Shown here one piece after another: positions 30,502-32,000 of a stretch of DNA of 32,000 nucleotides (the stretch's first letter is position 1; each line of letters begins with the position of its first letter). The position numbers and the translations under genes are program-made. This stretch comes from Flavobacteriaceae bacterium (GTDB lineage Bacteria; Bacteroidota; Bacteroidia; Flavobacteriales; Flavobacteriaceae), in contig OZ245049.1 of the NCBI GenBank assembly GCA_965224465.1, positions 4,560,001 to 4,592,000 on the forward strand, in the 5' to 3' direction. The notes under the pieces are model-generated. The model was not told the DNA's origin, did not search any database, and saw only the letters and a program-made list of their open reading frames with translations.

Positions 30502-30713
30502 TAAAAGAAAGTTAAAATTTGATTACCCACGGTATTTTACATAGAGTCTGATTTTTCGACGGATTTTTATTTTTCAGGAGTCACCATTTTTGTTAAATTT
30601 CAAGGAGGGAGAAAGAAAAAGGATAAACCCTCTACTTTTTCCATAATCGACGATTTAAGCACTTCTTTTGATATTTTAAAAAAGAAAGGAGAATTCAAAT
30701 AAAATAATAAAAA

Positions 30714-31637
30714 ATGAAAGCACAAAAACACCTCATACTAAGCATTGCAATGCTAGTACTTGTTAATTGTAAAGGACAAGAAAGTAAAAAAACAAACGAT
30801 CATAAAAAATACGCAATGAATATACCAAAAAAACAATATTTTCTAAACTTTGAGTTATTTATGTCTTATGAAATATATATAAATGACATGAAAATAGCAA
30901 ATAACATTCAATCTGGACCAGTATCTGGATTACGATATTTGAACGATTATATTTTGAATTCGGGAAAACAAACAATAACATTAATTGACCGTGATTTAGA
31001 ACCTGATTCTAATATAGCAAATGATATATTTAAAAAAATAAGTTTAGAAATTTATAGTGCAGATGAAAATGATGAAAACACAAAGTTGGAAAAGAAGTTT
31101 GATTTCCCTGATATACCAACTCCAAGACCATATTATTATAAAAACACATGGGAGTTTGATGCTGAAGTTCCTTACACCGTAGACGGATGGAAAGATGGGC
31201 AAGATTTATCAAAAATAGATCAAAAAGAGTTGAAGAAAATGGTGGTAGCGAAATTTCAACACTTAAGAACAATTTTAAATCAAGGAAAAGTAGATCAATT
31301 TATGGAAGAAAACGCCAAAGGATATAAGGAATTTGTTATTACCAACTATTATCAAAAAAAATGGCATGAATTTGACGAAAACATTAGAGAAACTATAGGT
31401 AATCAAAAGGGAATTATGCTTCCTTTAGAGCATTATAAAATGAAAATAGTTGCAAATGGTCAATTGGTAACCTTAGAAAGAATTAACCTCCCTTATAAAG
31501 GACAAAGTGCATTGTTAGCAATCAATGAAAAAATAAACAGGCTATACACTGATTATATTCATTTATATATGCCAAAAGGAAAAACAAGCTTAGAGCCAAT
31601 ACGTCTAAATATAGAATATGATCTTGCTCATTTTTAA
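30714..31637 (+). CDS. Family-B lipoprotein (307 aa)
   Basis: Near-identical to the 17443 copy (tail EYDLAHF). Confidence 0.85.
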   Translation: MKAQKHLILSIAMLVLVNCKGQESKKTNDHKKYAMNIPKKQYFLNFELFMSYEIYINDMKIANNIQSGPVSGLRYLNDYILNSGKQTITLIDRDLEPDSNIANDIFKKISLEIYSADENDENTKLEKKFDFPDIPTPRPYYYKNTWEFDAEVPYTVDGWKDGQDLSKIDQKELKKMVVAKFQHLRTILNQGKVDQFMEENAKGYKEFVITNYYQKKWHEFDENIRETIGNQKGIMLPLEHYKMKIVANGQLVTLERINLPYKGQSALLAINEKINRLYTDYIHLYMPKGKTSLEPIRLNIEYDLAHF

Positions 31638-31668
31638 AAACAACAACTTTACAACAGATTAATCATCA

Positions 31669-32000
31669 ATGATAAAAAGGCTGCTATCTGGTTTAAGAAT
31701 TCAAAAACGAGAGGAACATCCTGGCAGCCTGTTTATACTTAATACATTTCCAAGAGACGGTTTAGAAATGGAATTATTTTTTATATCGGTCATTTTGGAT
31801 TGTAATTGGTATCATATATACATAGATAAGGTTAAAGGGCAAAGTGGCTTGTCCGAAAAAAAAGAAGTATTAAAAAAAATCAACTTCTCACTTGGTATAG
31901 CCGCTGCTTATGGTACAAATAAAATTAATTTAACACCTGATTTAGGTAAAAAAATACATGACCTAATATATGAGTTTGCCAAAGCTAAAACTTAATTGAT
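31669..32000 (+). pseudogene. Orphan effector C-terminal cassette 5, probably frameshifted; continues past the window end
   Basis: gctaaaacttaa at 31984-31995 has 4 A where the other copies have 5 (gccaaaaacttaattgat). This creates a TAA at 31993-31995. The head shares the LFILNTFP variant with cassette 2. Confidence 0.6.

Overview
AT-rich window that looks like a Bacteroidota-type (T6SS-iii-like) vgrG effector/immunity island; the taxon is inferred. It has three parts.

(1) 1-2471: the right-hand part of an IS66-family element. Its terminus (1411) sits inside a copy of a 307-aa lipoprotein gene (family B), which also carries a nonsense mutation. A short unit-boundary sequence follows.

(2) 2991-9407: a tightly packed plus-strand operon with 4-nt intergenic gaps.
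- VgrG spike protein.
- A 314-aa unknown protein.
- A DUF4280 (PAAR-like) protein.
- Possibly a 57-codon small ORF.
- A 985-aa putative effector whose N- and C-terminal domains I do not recognise.

(3) 9412-32000: a higher-order tandem array.
- The full-length effector is followed by four family-A secreted-protein/lipoprotein genes in a 914-bp tandem period, then one family-B lipoprotein gene.
- Five further units follow. Each starts with an orphan copy of the effector 3' third (about 310 codons), followed by 1-3 family-A genes and one family-B gene.
- Two of the five orphan cassettes are broken by 1-nt deletions in homopolymer A runs.
- A and B are distant paralogs of each other, giving 20 paralogous copies in the window.

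Notable details:
- The effector tails are near-identical except for an 8-residue hypervariable patch about 21 residues from the C-terminus.
- Family-A genes are mosaics of a few alternative variable patches, with swapped leaders.
- The first A gene of every unit carries an in-frame (CAA)n poly-Gln tract directly after the lipobox Cys. It encodes 18, 18, 12, 10 and 20 Gln in the five copies.

No rRNA, tRNA, CRISPR array or T6SS core-machinery gene is visible. All minus-strand ORFs appear to be shadow ORFs. The immunity and toxin roles are inferred from gene context only.
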